Source: Vicugna vicugna (Eukaryota). From it: a stretch of 64,000 nt of DNA. Under the pieces are notes generated by a model, which was given only the letters and a program-made list of their open reading frames with translations, ran no database searches and was not told the DNA's origin. The first letter of the stretch is position 1. Every line of letters begins with the position of its first letter. Shown here piece by piece: positions 52,682-64,000 of this stretch. The stretch lies in assembly GCA_013265495.1 (NCBI GenBank), contig MU058584.1, positions 1,710,616-1,774,615 of the forward strand, given 5' to 3'. A program made the translations under genes and the position numbers.

Positions 52682-52772
52682 AGAAAGAAAGAGAGAGAGA
52701 GAAAGAAAGAGAGAAAGAAAGAGAGGAGAAAGAAAGAAAGAAGGAAGGAAGGAAAGAAAGAAAGAAAGAAAA
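52527..52772 (+). repeat. ~245-bp polypurine (GAAA)n tract with a 51-bp higher-order duplication
   Basis: GGAAGAGAGGAAGAGAGAAAGAAAGATG occurs at 52550 and 52601. Confidence 0.97.
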
Positions 52773-55700
52773 CCAAACACTTGATCTCCAATATAACTGT
52801 ACATATTGTCTCCTTCAAGGAAGTCCATCCTGATACCCAGCAGAAGGGAAAAACTCAGTTTCCGTCTTATTCTAAGTCTAAGGCCAGGTTTTCTATCACT
52901 ATATTTTCAGGGATGTTGTCCCCACTGAAGCTAATTGCCCGTGTTTCCGTGAGAATCTTTTAGATCTTCATAGCCTATATCCTTGCCATTCTGGAATAGT
53001 ATCTCAGAGTCACCTTTGCATATCCAAAACATATAATGAAATTTCCCCAAAATGCAAGAGGGTAATTTTCCTTAAAAGGAGAAGTCAAATTGCTTCTTTA
53101 TAGAAATGGAATAATTGCTACCAGCTTTGGAATATAAATGTATCCTCCCTAACCATAAAGGTTTCCAAAAAATTGTTATATTCCATTCCTAACTAGACCA
53201 CCCCATTTCCTTGCTACCCTGTTGGTTAGTCCCAAACAAAACACTTTGCAACCTCTTCAAAGGCAAGAATCTTGTCTTATTTGTCTTTTTGTCCCTGGTA
53301 CCAAACAAAATGCCGATTCCATGCTCATGCTCAATACTGTGGAGTGCGTCAATCAGTGAATGACTATGCAAATGCACTTTCCATTAACTATTTGGAGAAG
53401 TGCAGTGGAGGAAACTATATTTCATTTTTACAAAATGTCTTACAAAAGGAGAAAGAGAGAGAGGAGAAAAAGAGGGAAGGGAGAGAGAAAGACTATATGT
53501 TGGTCTGCCTTATGGGGACAACAGGTTTGAATATTGATGAAGCGGAACCAAAGATCCACAGTGCGCAGTGAACTGAAGTGAGACAGAAACCCAGAGCAGA
53601 CTCGTGACCAAACAGGAAATGCCCTAGTCTGTTGATGCAGCATATATTCGGAGCCCAACCAGTAAGCAGCAGAAAGTGACATGAATGAATATGGTTAAAC
53701 GCAAATGAAACAGCCATCAAAGAGGTGTCTCTTCCTGCTCGTCGCTGCAGGCTTTCAGAGGCGTCCAGCAACAGGGGATAGGGGAATCTGCATAAAATAT
53801 TCTGAGCAGAGCATGGGTAGCTGGTTCCAGACTAGATAAACAATTTAACAAACACCCAGGAAGAATGTCTCTAACCTTCATAAAACTGAAAGGACAGGCA
53901 AGAAATGAGATGGACGACACTGTCATGGAAATTACAGTCTCAGCGATTTGGAGACATTTCATTCTGCTAGAGGAGCTGGCACACTGGAGGAGGAATAAAC
54001 AGGAAGTTTGAAATCTGTCTGAAATGGCATGGCATATTTTTCTTGGGGGATGGTATTAAAAGAGACTAAAGATCTCTCCAGAAAATAATATCGCTTAAAG
54101 TTCAACTCATCTTTTGAGCAACTTAAAACGACTGACAGGAGTTATTTAAGCAATCGCTAAATGTCGGTTCCTTAAAATCATGAGACTAAATTGAGTCTTG
54201 GGAAAGAAACTGCGCCGAAGAGAAGAAACAGTCGTCTATCAGTGAACTGGGAAATAAATAAATCATGAGACAGTCCATCTGCACTTGCACTTAGACACAA
54301 TTCTAGGCACTCTGAGAGGAAGACAGCTGAACAGCTTATTCCTACCTTTGAAGAATCTAATTAGGGAGACAGGCTGTACCTGGCTATACCTGAGTTGTAA
54401 ATGCAGACGGATTTCTCACCAGCTGAATACACAGAGTTCAAGAGTGGTCAGAATACATAGGTGTTACTTGAAGAAGTCTTCTAAAAAGAAATAAGTTCTA
54501 CACCATGATTTAAAGCGGATATTTGGAAGGTGTATTAAACAGTTGATAGTCAAATCTTGACCTATAAATTACAGACATATACATATATATGCTCTTTTTA
54601 ACCTTCTACTCAAAGGCAGCTTCTTTCATTAGAGAATCACATATTACTTAGGCCTTGGAAATTAGGTCCAGCATTTCCTGAAGTGTTCAGTGGAAATCAG
54701 TAGTCAATAGAAGAATAAAAAAGAACTATGGCAAGGTTTTGTGAGCTATTTTTTATTCTACTTCCTTCTTAGGCTTCTCAAGCATATAAGTTTTGTAGAG
54801 GTTTTGAGAAATCTTCCAATGAAGAAAACTATTTAATGTATTTAACCAGCAATTTCTAATCTTATTTGAAAGACACTTTTGTGAGGGAGAGGATATCTAT
54901 CAAAATGTTAAGGAAGCCAGTAAACAGTTTTGAAACCACTGACTTAGTTCAGCTTCTCAGCTGGTGAGAAAAAGAAGTGGAGCTAAGTTACTTGCCCCTG
55001 GTTACTGGCCTCCTAATGCCTAGCTGGCTATTGTCTGGATTACCAGCTCCACCCACCTTCTGCTTTTAATTGCACTGAAATCAAACACTGCCTGAGTTTA
55101 GATGCTTTTGTTGTTGTTGTTAAAACTAATGGCTTTAAGGCTGATCATGACATTTTTGATAAAAGGTAAAAACTTGAAGAAAAAAAAATTGGTTCAATAG
55201 TATCATGAATCTTCAAAGTGAACTTGCTAGAAAAGGAGTGGCTCCTAAGAGAGTTTTCCATCCTCAGAGGTCTTCAAACAGAGATAATGATTTGTCGGGA
55301 GGGTTATGGAGTTTCCTGAATCAGTCAGATACTGATAAACTCTACAGTGCTGTTTTTTGCTTTAAGACTTCAGGGCTTGCTACAGCTAGGTTAACTACAG
55401 TAGAATCCGGGACCTAAAACAACCAACCCTTTTGGTCAGACAGGTGCCAGGGAGAAAGACTTAGTTGCCCGTATTTGAAGAAGACACAGCCTCCCAGCAG
55501 AGCACCGTGTTCACAGAACGCGGCAGGAGGCGGTGAGCATAAATTCAGGCAGGCACTTACGTACAGGGTGGGCAGATGAAGAGAGTCAAGCTGCAAGCAA
55601 ATACTTGGCGTCTGGAATTATCTCAGCAGGTGGAAGAGCTTCCAAGACAGGGATGAGAGGCACAGGCAGAATTACGACTCCATTCGCAGCGTTACCAAGT

Positions 55701-55999
55701 GCCTTCTTGGTAGCAGGTGGGCAGGTTCTGAGCTAGGTGGTTGCTTATTTCTGGCTCTAGAATTGGGCTGTCTGGGGAAGAGAGGGCTGAGAAAGGTGGA
55801 ATGAGATTGGCACAATCAGGCATACATTTAGGGGTAAGCTACAGGATTCTTATCGAATGAAGGAATAATGTGGGACTATGGCAGGAGCCCCAGTTACCAA
55901 AACTGAACTGTGAGATAGATGTTAGAACAACAGGAGCGACATGGTACTGAGTCCCTGTGTCTGTCTGTTCACAGAAGTGGTTCTGAAGACCAGGGTGGG

Positions 56000-56117
56000 C
56001 GTACAGCATAGTGATTCAGTTATAGATGTGTATATATTTTTTTCACAGTTTTTGCTAGAAATTAACACAACATTGTAAACCAACTTCAATAATAATAATT
56101 AATTGATTTAAAAAAAA
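56000..56117 (+). mobile_element. Tiny 5'-inverted (twin-primed) L1 3'-end insertion
   Basis: TSD AAGACCA(G/A)GGTGGG at 55986-55999 and 56118-56131. Antisense piece at 56001-56053, then sense L1 terminus and A-tail. Confidence 0.85.
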
Positions 56118-56409
56118 AAGACCAAGGTGGGGAGGAGCCTAATGGTGGAAGTCATATGTCTTTAGGGGAAAGAAGAAACATACAGAAGCCAAGCTCAGAG
56201 CTGCTTCCCTCTCCAAAATGCACTTCATCAAATAGAAGAAATATAGGAAGCAAATCCCTAATTACTTCGGCGTCTTCCTGCCAACAATTTACGAGGCCGA
56301 CACAGTCAGCTTAGAGAGTAGTTCATGTTCAAACCTGTATGTGCTGTTAGGCTGGGAGGGAATATTCTCTACTTCAGTAGAGTGAAGGAAAGGTATGTGG
56401 GAGAAGATG

Positions 56410-56526
56410 AGAAGTTAGCCCAAGGATGTACAGGAATATCCCTGCGTCCCGTCATCACGGCAGTGCCTTATTCTGGGAGAGAGAGTAGTGCTTTATTTAA
56501 ACCTTCAGAAATCAAGACAGACCTCA
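56410..56526 (+). repeat. Arm 1 (presumed donor) of a ~117-bp inverted duplication
   Basis: About 88% identical by hand alignment (13 mismatches, 1 gap) to the reverse complement of 57346-57461. Confidence 0.95.
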
Positions 56527-56544
56527 GAAATCTTGCTGCAGTGG

Positions 56545-56690
56545 AGAGAGAATATACTGTAATGGTCAAGAGCGTGCATTCTGGAGTCAGTCCTCCTGTT
56601 TCACATCCTGGCCCCATCATTTACCAGCTTGTGGCTGTAGGCAAATGACTTCACGTCTTTGCATTTTAAATTTCTCAAAGAAAAATTGAC
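56545..56690 (+). mobile_element. MIR SINE 5' part
   Basis: AATGGTCAAGAGCGTGCATTCTGGAGTCAG...TTTACCAGCTTGTGGCTGTAGGCAAATGACTT. Confidence 0.8.
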
Positions 56691-56769
56691 AATTAAGAAA
56701 AAACAAGTATTAATAAAACTGTATGATATGTATATTTATATATATATATATATGTTTATAAGCAGCAAA

Positions 56770-57345
56770 CTAAAATTCAAAGTATCTGGCAACACTACAC
56801 AAAGTCTTCCAGGAAATTGAAAAGAGGAGAATGTCTCCAACTCAATTTATAAGATCCACATTACCCTGATACCAAAACAAGAAAAGGCATCACAAGATAG
56901 AAAAACAATAGCCCAATATTCCTCATAGATGCAAACACTTTAAATAAAATTTTAGCCAATGAAGCCCAACAGTATAGAGATAATACATCATCACCAGGTG
57001 TAGTTTATCCTAGAAACGCAAAGGAATATTCAAAAACAAAATAATATAATTCATCATCTTATACATATTATAAAAAGAATAACCAAATTATCACCTCAGT
57101 AAACACATAGGGGGAGAGCATAGCTCAGTGGTAGGTTATGTGCTTAGCATACACAAGGTCCTGAGTTCAATCCCCAGTACCTCCATTAAAAGAACAAAAT
57201 AAAATAAAAACACGTAAAAAACATTTGACAAAATCCATCATCTACTCTTGATAAAATTTCTCAGCAAACTAGGGATAAACGTGAACTCCTTCAACCTGAT
57301 AAAAGGCATTTACAGAAACCCTACAGCTAACATCATACTTGATGG
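56770..57345 (+). mobile_element. Old L1 ORF2 RT fragment
   Basis: CATTACCCTGATACCAAAAC; ATTTGACAAAATCCA; CTACAGCTAACATCATACTTGATGGTGA (PTANIILxGE). Confidence 0.9.
57110..57207 (+). mobile_element. tRNA-Ala-derived SINE (camelid vic-1-like)
   Basis: GGGGAGAGCATAGCTCAGTGGTAGG...GGTCCTGAGTTCAATCCCCAGTACCTCCATTAAAA. TSD AAACAC(A/G)TA at 57101-57109 and 57208-57216. Confidence 0.9.
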
Positions 57346-57461
57346 TGAGATCTGTCTGATTTCTAAAGTTTTAAATAAAGCACTACTCTCTCGCCCAGAA
57401 TGAGGCAGTGCTGCGATGATGGGCCACAGGGATATTCCTGTACTTCTTTGGGCTAACTTCT
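57346..57461 (-). repeat. Arm 2 (inverted copy) inserted at an L1 discontinuity
   Basis: Reverse complement of 56410-56526. The ORF track shows matching peptides KLAQGCTGISLRPVITAVPYSGRESSALFK and KLAQRSTGISLWPIIAALPHSGRESSALFK on opposite strands. Confidence 0.95.
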
Positions 57462-57469
57462 TTAGTAGG

Positions 57470-58085
57470 GGAATGAAAAAATAAAGTGTGGTATATTCAG
57501 ACAATGGCTTATTATTCAGCAGAAACAGACAAACAAAAAAACTAGCAAGCGATGAAAAACTATGAATGGAAGAAACAAATGCGTATTACTAAATGAAGGA
57601 AGCCTGTCTGAAAAGGCTACATACTATATGACTCCAGCTATATGACTTTCTGGAAAAGGTGAAACTATACAAACACAGAAAGATCACTAGTTGCCATGGA
57701 CTGGGGATGGGGGAAGGAAGGATGAATAGGTAGAGCACAGAGAATTTTTAGGGCAGTAAAAATACTCCTTTTCATACTGTAACGATGGATACATGTCATT
57801 ACACATTTGTCTTAACCATAGAATGTACAACACAAGGAGTGAACTGTGTAAACTGTAGACTTTGGGTGATGATGATGGGTGATGACGATAATGTAGGTTC
57901 ATCAGCTGTAACACATGTACCACTCTAGTGGGGTGGGGAGGGGTGTGAATAACGAGGGAGACTGTGCATGTTTCAGGACAGAGAACATTTGGGAAATAGC
58001 TGTCCTTTCCCTCAATTTTTCTGAGAATATAAAACTGCTTTAAAACATAAAGTCTGTTAAAATTAAAATTTTAAATTTAAAAAAG
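57470..58085 (+). mobile_element. L1MC1-like 3' end
   Basis: CTGAAAAGGCTACATACT; GATGAATAGGTAGAGCACAGAGAATTTTTAGGGCAG; ATGTAGGTTCATCAGCTGTAAC; A-rich tail. Confidence 0.85.
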
Positions 58086-58089
58086 TCAT

Positions 58090-58795
58090 ATTCGTGTTGA
58101 CAAGGAGGTGGGAGATCTGGAACTCTCATGCACTGCTCATGAGAAAGCTAAAACTGCACAACCACAACTGTGGGACACAGTTTGGCAGTTTTTAAAAAGT
58201 TTTAAAAAAAGTTTCAAACATCTACCAAATGAGCTAGCCATTCCACTCTTGGGTATTTGCCAGAGAGAAAGTAAAGCATTTGTCCATACAAATTGTACGC
58301 TATGTTCATGGTAACTTTTATTTTTAAAAGCCCCAAACTAGAAACAACACAAGCGCATCAACAGATAAATGAATAAATTGTGGGACAGCCAAACATAGAA
58401 TGTGACTCGGCAATAAAAAGAAATAAGTTATTGATACACACAGCAACATACACGAATCTCAAAATAGACACAATGGGTGAAAACAGCAGAAAAATAGAGA
58501 ACATACTGTATGATCTCCTTCATACAAAGTTCTGTAACTTGTGAAATAGTCTAAAGTGAATAAAGCAGATCAGTGGTTACCTGAGGAAGGGAAGGGGTTA
58601 GGGTTAGAAGGAACAGGAAGAAAGGACTTAGAAGGGGCAAGAGGAACATTTTGGGAGCAGCGGACATATTCCTTCATATAATTGTGGTCATGAGTTCATG
58701 TCTGGTACGTACATCAAGCTTATCAAATTGTACATATTAAATAAACACATGCAGTTCATGGGATATAAATTATGCCTCAATAAAGATGTTAAAAA
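58090..58795 (+). mobile_element. Old L1 (L1ME-like) ORF2 end and 3' UTR
   Basis: CTGGAACTCTCATGCACTGC; CATTCCACTCTTGGGTATTT; AAATTATGCCTCAATAAAG. Confidence 0.85.
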
Positions 58796-60839
58796 CCAAA
58801 TTACCATATTTTCAAGAAAGATTTTTTTGGAATTCAAATCATCAGATCTAGGAGATCAGATCTGGTGGCAAATGGAGAAGAATGAAGAGTAAAGGATGCA
58901 TTTGGGATTTTTTTACTGAGCACAGGGACAGTCAACGCCATTCACTGAGAGAACTGGGATGAAAACTCGCCATAAGCCTGCTCATCCGTCTGTGCTTTCC
59001 ATTCTGTTTAAAGGCAATGAGATCCCTTCAGTGACTCTAAACAAAACATCTGGGTTGATTCTCAAATTTTTACCCTCTTCTCCAGATTTAATCAATCAGA
59101 ATGAAGACATTGTGGAATGGATACATGGATAAACCAGTGCTCAGATCAATGGATTAATATGCCAAAGGGTATATCAGGGTTTTAAAAATAGAATCTATTA
59201 ATAAAATTAAAAGAAAATTCAGTCCGTTCACATTACCTTCACATGTAAAGAGTCACTTAGAATCTACGTACTTTCAAAAAATTTTAATCTTGTAGTGCTT
59301 TGTCACTTTCCAACCTAAATGTACATTTATGTTTGAGAATACTGAGATATATTGACATAAATAGCATCACCACATGAAAATTTCCTAGCTGGAGAGCTCT
59401 CTGATTTCCCGACATTTTAAAAAGTTTCTTTGGATCAAAGAAAACAAAGTGATGGTCAAGAAACCCTGAGGCTCTGGCTTTGAGAAACAAGTTACAAGTG
59501 CCCACCATGTTCTCCGGGGAGCATAAATTCCACATCCCTGAATTTCCAAAATGGCATTATATTTTATCTATTAGCAACAAATATATCAATAAAAGCAAAA
59601 CAAAAATGAATTACTCCAACCCCATATGCTATAGATTAAGATAACGTTTTTTAAAAAAATTAAATGGGTTCAAGTAGTCTCACCACCCAGAGCATTGATT
59701 AAAAGTTCGCCTCCGAAGAAACATTTCACATGCAAACATTTCCTGTAAGCTGCAGCCCTCTTCTTGCCTTGTCTTGTATTTTGGTGCATCCACTCAGCAG
59801 TGGAAATGATTAAATCTCCGGGTATCATTCCATCTGAGGAAAATGAAATCACTGGAACAGAACATGTTCCAAGGATCATCTGTCTATTTATCCAGCCAAG
59901 AGTTTATGTGTTACCTGACATTCGGTTGCCCCTTCAACAGAGCTCTGGGCTGGACTGAATAAGGGAAATGTAGACTCTCCGAGCTAGAGAGGGACACAAA
60001 AGTTCCTCTAGCGAGTTCACTGACATGCATGAGAGCAAGATTACAATTTTCACAGGTCCCTGAAGCCCTCCAGAGAGCCCCTGAGAACCCCGGAATCAGA
60101 AGCCACTCACGATGCCCTTAAGAACTGAAGACAAGCAGGCAGTCTGGGGAGTATTGCTGGCAAGCATGACAATTGCACCAGTATTCCCTTGACTCACAGA
60201 ATCCTGTCCCAAATATTGGTCATGCACATGTTTCACATACACACTTTAATCTCAACTACTTTGGGGTCCTCATACGCACTATTCTATTTCTGCTGCCTTT
60301 CTTTCTGTAGAACAAGGTCTGAGTACTCATCTTTGCTCTTCGACTCCACCAAGGTATTTAAATGATTGATCCAAGAGAGACAACCGTGGTATGTGTCTAA
60401 GGGAAGTACAAATAATTGACCCCATATTGAAAAGACTTTAAATTTCATATGATTTATTTCTTAAGCTGGGTGATGAACATAAAGATATCCATTATGTAGT
60501 CATCTGCACTTTCATTTTTGCCTAAAACATTTCATATTAAAGAAAATTTAACTATTCAAAATACGGAGATAGACTTGTGAACAGGTCAACAAATTTATGA
60601 TCTTTGCTTTTATAGACCCTGAAACTATGCTCAATTAATTTTACATTAAAATTTAATGATTTGTGTATTATAACTTGAGAGGAATTTATACTTTCTTTAA
60701 CATAGAGTGAGATATGTTTCATATTTGTTTGTTTTGTGGCCCACTCTGAGTGTTTTCAGCTATATCTAATCTGAGATATGTATATGTAATTTTGCTTATA
60801 TATTTTATCTTCCATAGGTCTATTTCCTCTTATTAAATA

Positions 60840-61560
60840 TTCTGTAATTCTTATTGCTTTGCAGCTTGCCCTAGTTGTACTGAATTTTAATACTCATTCT
60901 ACTAACTTGTACAGTATCATTTGCACACCTAATGAATATGGTCATTCAATTTATTGATTGAACAATTAAATGCCGTTAAATGCAGAAATAGTTACGATAG
61001 AAAATCAACTGTTATGCCATTTCAGGTTAACGTAACCCATTGATATCAATTCTTTGCATGTTCACTAGTTAAATCTACCCACCTCAATATTTATATACAG
61101 CCTGTTATGCCTCCCCGGGTGATGGATACGTATGTATCACCCAAAACAGAATCAAAAGCTAAACTGTGACCTAATAGATTGGATTCATAATTTTCCCTTT
61201 ACCTATAAAATCAACCATCAGTTGACAGTAGAATTTAAGTAATTTAGCAAAACTACTTTTTAAAAAGTCAAGCAATTCTCTGAGAAGTGACTCCTAATAA
61301 TCTCGCTTAATATCCTCATTATTAGGTGAAGAAAGTGTGGCCCTGAGTACCTAGTATGGCTTCATTATATGACTTTAACTTCCTGTAGTTTTTCAAAGAC
61401 AAATGAACTTAGAAAATATTTTAGTTTAGTTTCTGATTTTGTATTATCTGTTTCATTTTAGATGGTAATTAAATGGCTTGTGGATTATATTTTCTTATCA
61501 TTTTCCCAGCGATGGAAATTAACAGGTCAGATATTTTCCATTTATCATCCAATCATATCA
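60840..61560 (-). mobile_element. CR1/L3 LINE fragments (low similarity)
   Basis: TATCATTTGCACACCTAATGAATATG (antisense of the RT 'FADD' region) and CCCATTGATATCAATTCTTTG. Confidence 0.4.
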
Positions 61561-62129
61561 AAATATGGGAATGACAGGAATATAATGTCTTAAATGAGTT
61601 GGTAAGTGTTCCAAAGGTCAACAAATTATTCTTATTATCTTTAGAAAGTTTTAATAATTTACCTATTGGTTATGTCATTCCGTGTGATAAGGGAGGCGAA
61701 CATGGCAAGGAGACTCAGTCCATGTTTGTCTCCTTTCCCTCCTCGCTAATAACTACATCTCATGAGATAATTGTAAGTTTTTTTTTAAATATGCAAGCTG
61801 TTATCTCACACATGTTGTAAAACTAAGGTGCCCTGAAAGGTCCCTGAGAAAAATCCCAAATCTGGAATATTCAGCATTATTTTACTCACATGAAGGTGTT
61901 TTTCAGATTCTCATTCCCACAAACATGTTAAAACTGCAGCTGAAATTATTATCGAATAATTGAACAATGAATTAATGAACGGAAGCCGTCCTGATAAACT
62001 GAAATAACAGGAAAAATAGTTTTTCAGCCTAAGAAATTATTTTTGGATCCTTATTTACTCTCGAAAATTATATAATAAACCAAATCCCCCAGTAAAGCAG
62101 GCAACTGTCCAACTGCATCTAATTGAATT

Positions 62130-62700
62130 AACTCTGAGATAATCCAAATCTTTCTAGGAAGGATAGTTTTCATATTTAAAGAACCATAATTTGAAGAAAC
62201 TACAAAATATTACTGAGCAACATACAAGAAGACGTGGGGAGCTGTGGAGCCCTCTGATGTTCCTGGATGGAAAGATAACACTGTAAAAACGTCAATTTAG
62301 ACAAATTATTTTAAATGTTTCTTGCAATTCTGATCAAAATGCCAACGGAGTTTTTGAAAGAAACTGGGGGGATGAAACAAATGATGTTAGAATGAATTCA
62401 GAATAAAACACAAGAAAGAACACTTTCCTAACAACCAGAGTTGTCACAAATGGGAAAACTTAACCCTGCAAGATAGTAAAGCATGGTATTAACATTCAGT
62501 TACTAAAGACTTGGCACCAAAAATGCAGAGTTCAATTACCAGAAGAAGCCAAGAACAGATCCTGATATACAGATGATCAACAAATAATAAATTAGCATTG
62601 TAAATCAATGGGAAAGAGTGATAGTCAATAAATGGTGTTGCAAAAATGTATTAGATCTGCGGCACAAAATAAAATTAGACCTGACCTTACCCAAAGTTTA
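62130..62700 (+). mobile_element. Very old L1 ORF2 fragment
   Basis: ATGTTCCTGGATGGAAAGA; GCAATTCTGATCAAAATGCC; CAATAAATGGTGTTG. Confidence 0.65.
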
Positions 62701-62704
62701 TATA

Positions 62705-63480
62705 CAGGCCTACCTGGATCCAGATTTTTGAAGGATTTAAGCTATCACAATTCTGAGTCCTCTTAAAGAAAAAGAATACAATATTACATATATAAAATTA
62801 GTCATGGACGTGAGTATTAGTTTAGGATGAGAAAAATCACAACAAAATAAAAACTGCAAAAAAGCTAATAGATCCCAGAAATATGAAATCTGGAAAAAAA
62901 TTTCTTAATTAAATAATTGTTTGATACTTCTGTAATATTTTTCCCTGTATATGTTCTGGCTGCATACTCTTTGGTTACTTTTTCATAAAAATAGCTATTT
63001 TTTTATTATTGATAATTTAAAGAAATTCCTTCAGATTCTCCACTCCGTCTTGATGATGTTATGTAAGTGTTTAGGATTATTGTCAACTTTGGGGAAATCT
63101 CTACCAAGTTTCTTTTATATATGAGCTGTAAGATTTGGGGGATTTCCACAGATGAATTTCTGGCTTCATACATTTTAAATCTTGTGCTCTCTCACTAACC
63201 ACACACTGTCAGTGCTGAGCATCAGAGAACACATTCATATCGGATTAGAAATTCTACCCATACGTCTTAGTATCAGAACACTAGGAGGCTGGCACAAATG
63301 GGAAAAATTTTTGGAAATCACTCCTCCACTAGAAGGACTAGCTATACATGAACGTGGTGGTGAACCATCTAAAAATATCCCACAAACCCAAACTTGGTGT
63401 ATCCTATTAGCTGGAACCCAACATGCCAGCAGCCACTACCATGCAATCTGTCATATGGGAAAATATAAAGGAGAAAATGT
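62705..63480 (-). mobile_element. hAT (Tip100/Zaphod-like) DNA transposon relic with transposase C-terminal remnant
   Basis: The minus strand of ~63000-63145 translates ILQLIYKRNLVEISPKLTIILNTYIT...SGESE, then a frameshift, then RNFFKLSIIK. This resembles the hAT dimerisation motif (P.L......T.P.TS...ER.FS.L..IK). Confidence 0.7.
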
Positions 63481-64000
63481 ATTATAGAAGGAAAGAGTGA
63501 TAAAGAGAAAATTGGAATGGAAAGTGATGGTCTTAAATGCATGTGGTTCAAATATTTTACTTTTGCAAATTTTTCAAAAATATATAACCATTGTGAACAT
63601 AATTCTAGAGGTCTTTTTATTGTGATAAACCTACTTCTGATTATCCTCACCAGCAGTTTAAGAAACTGAAAGCTGGGAAGGGAAAGCAGCTTTTCCTTAA
63701 TCACACCGCTTGCAAACTGCTAGCTGAGATTAGAAGTCAAGGCTGAATGATTTCAAAGACAGTACTCTAAAATAACAAGCTATATTTCTCTAATAAAAGA
63801 GAAAAAGAGTTAATGTCCTTAATACATGGAAAAGCTGTTTGGAATCAGTACAAGATCACCATCTTCCAACAGAAACATGGACAGTTTTCCAAGGAAAAAA
63901 AACAAATGGTTAATTATCATTAAAAATCACTCAGCTTTAAAGTGGATACATTATTTTTTCAACTTTGAAAATAATTTTCAAGTGATAATTCACAGCATCG

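Noticed and set aside
52452..52828. K/E/R-rich and F/L/S-rich ORFs
   Set aside because: Translations of the (GAAA)n tract. The same applies to 24988-25237.
57110..57185. tRNA-Ala gene
   Set aside because: Degenerate stems, an A-rich tail and a TSD show it is a SINE. The same applies to the copies at 4.8 and 28.8 kb.
56325..57504. Pair of paralogous small proteins on opposite strands
   Set aside because: The peptide similarity comes only from the inverted DNA duplication. The rest of each ORF runs into MIR or L1 sequence.
1..64000. CRISPR array, operon or prokaryotic/viral system
   Set aside because: No regularly spaced repeat-spacer array, no long ORFs and no ERV internal genes were seen. 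The content is typical mammalian intergenic or intronic DNA.

Overview
AT-rich mammalian non-coding DNA, most likely from a camelid (camel, alpaca or llama). That inference rests on three tRNA-Ala-derived SINEs resembling the camelid vic-1 family and on young L1 3' ends of the type I recall from camelids. No intact host protein-coding exon, RNA gene or CRISPR array can be supported. The ORF track consists of chance ORFs, microsatellite translations and decayed LINE ORFs. A large part of the window is nested transposable-element relics: old and young L1, L2, CR1/L3, MIR, MLT1 LTRs, a Tigger2-type MITE, MER5-like elements and a hAT-Tip100-like element. Between them are unique, motif-dense blocks that look like conserved enhancers (about 22.6, 33.0 and 36.6 kb), a MER121-family ancient element (44.0-44.4 kb) and a possible RFX-box promoter at the left edge. 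The best structural oddities are (i) a ~117-bp locally templated inverted duplication bridging an L1 discontinuity (56.4/57.4 kb), (ii) a ~120-bp twin-primed inverted L1 insertion (56.0 kb) and (iii) a young L1 fragment with no poly(A) tail but an 8-bp flanking direct repeat (20.6-21.4 kb). I found no evidence of a new multi-gene system. Repeat family names come from recalled consensus sequences rather than a database search, and boundaries of old repeats are approximate.
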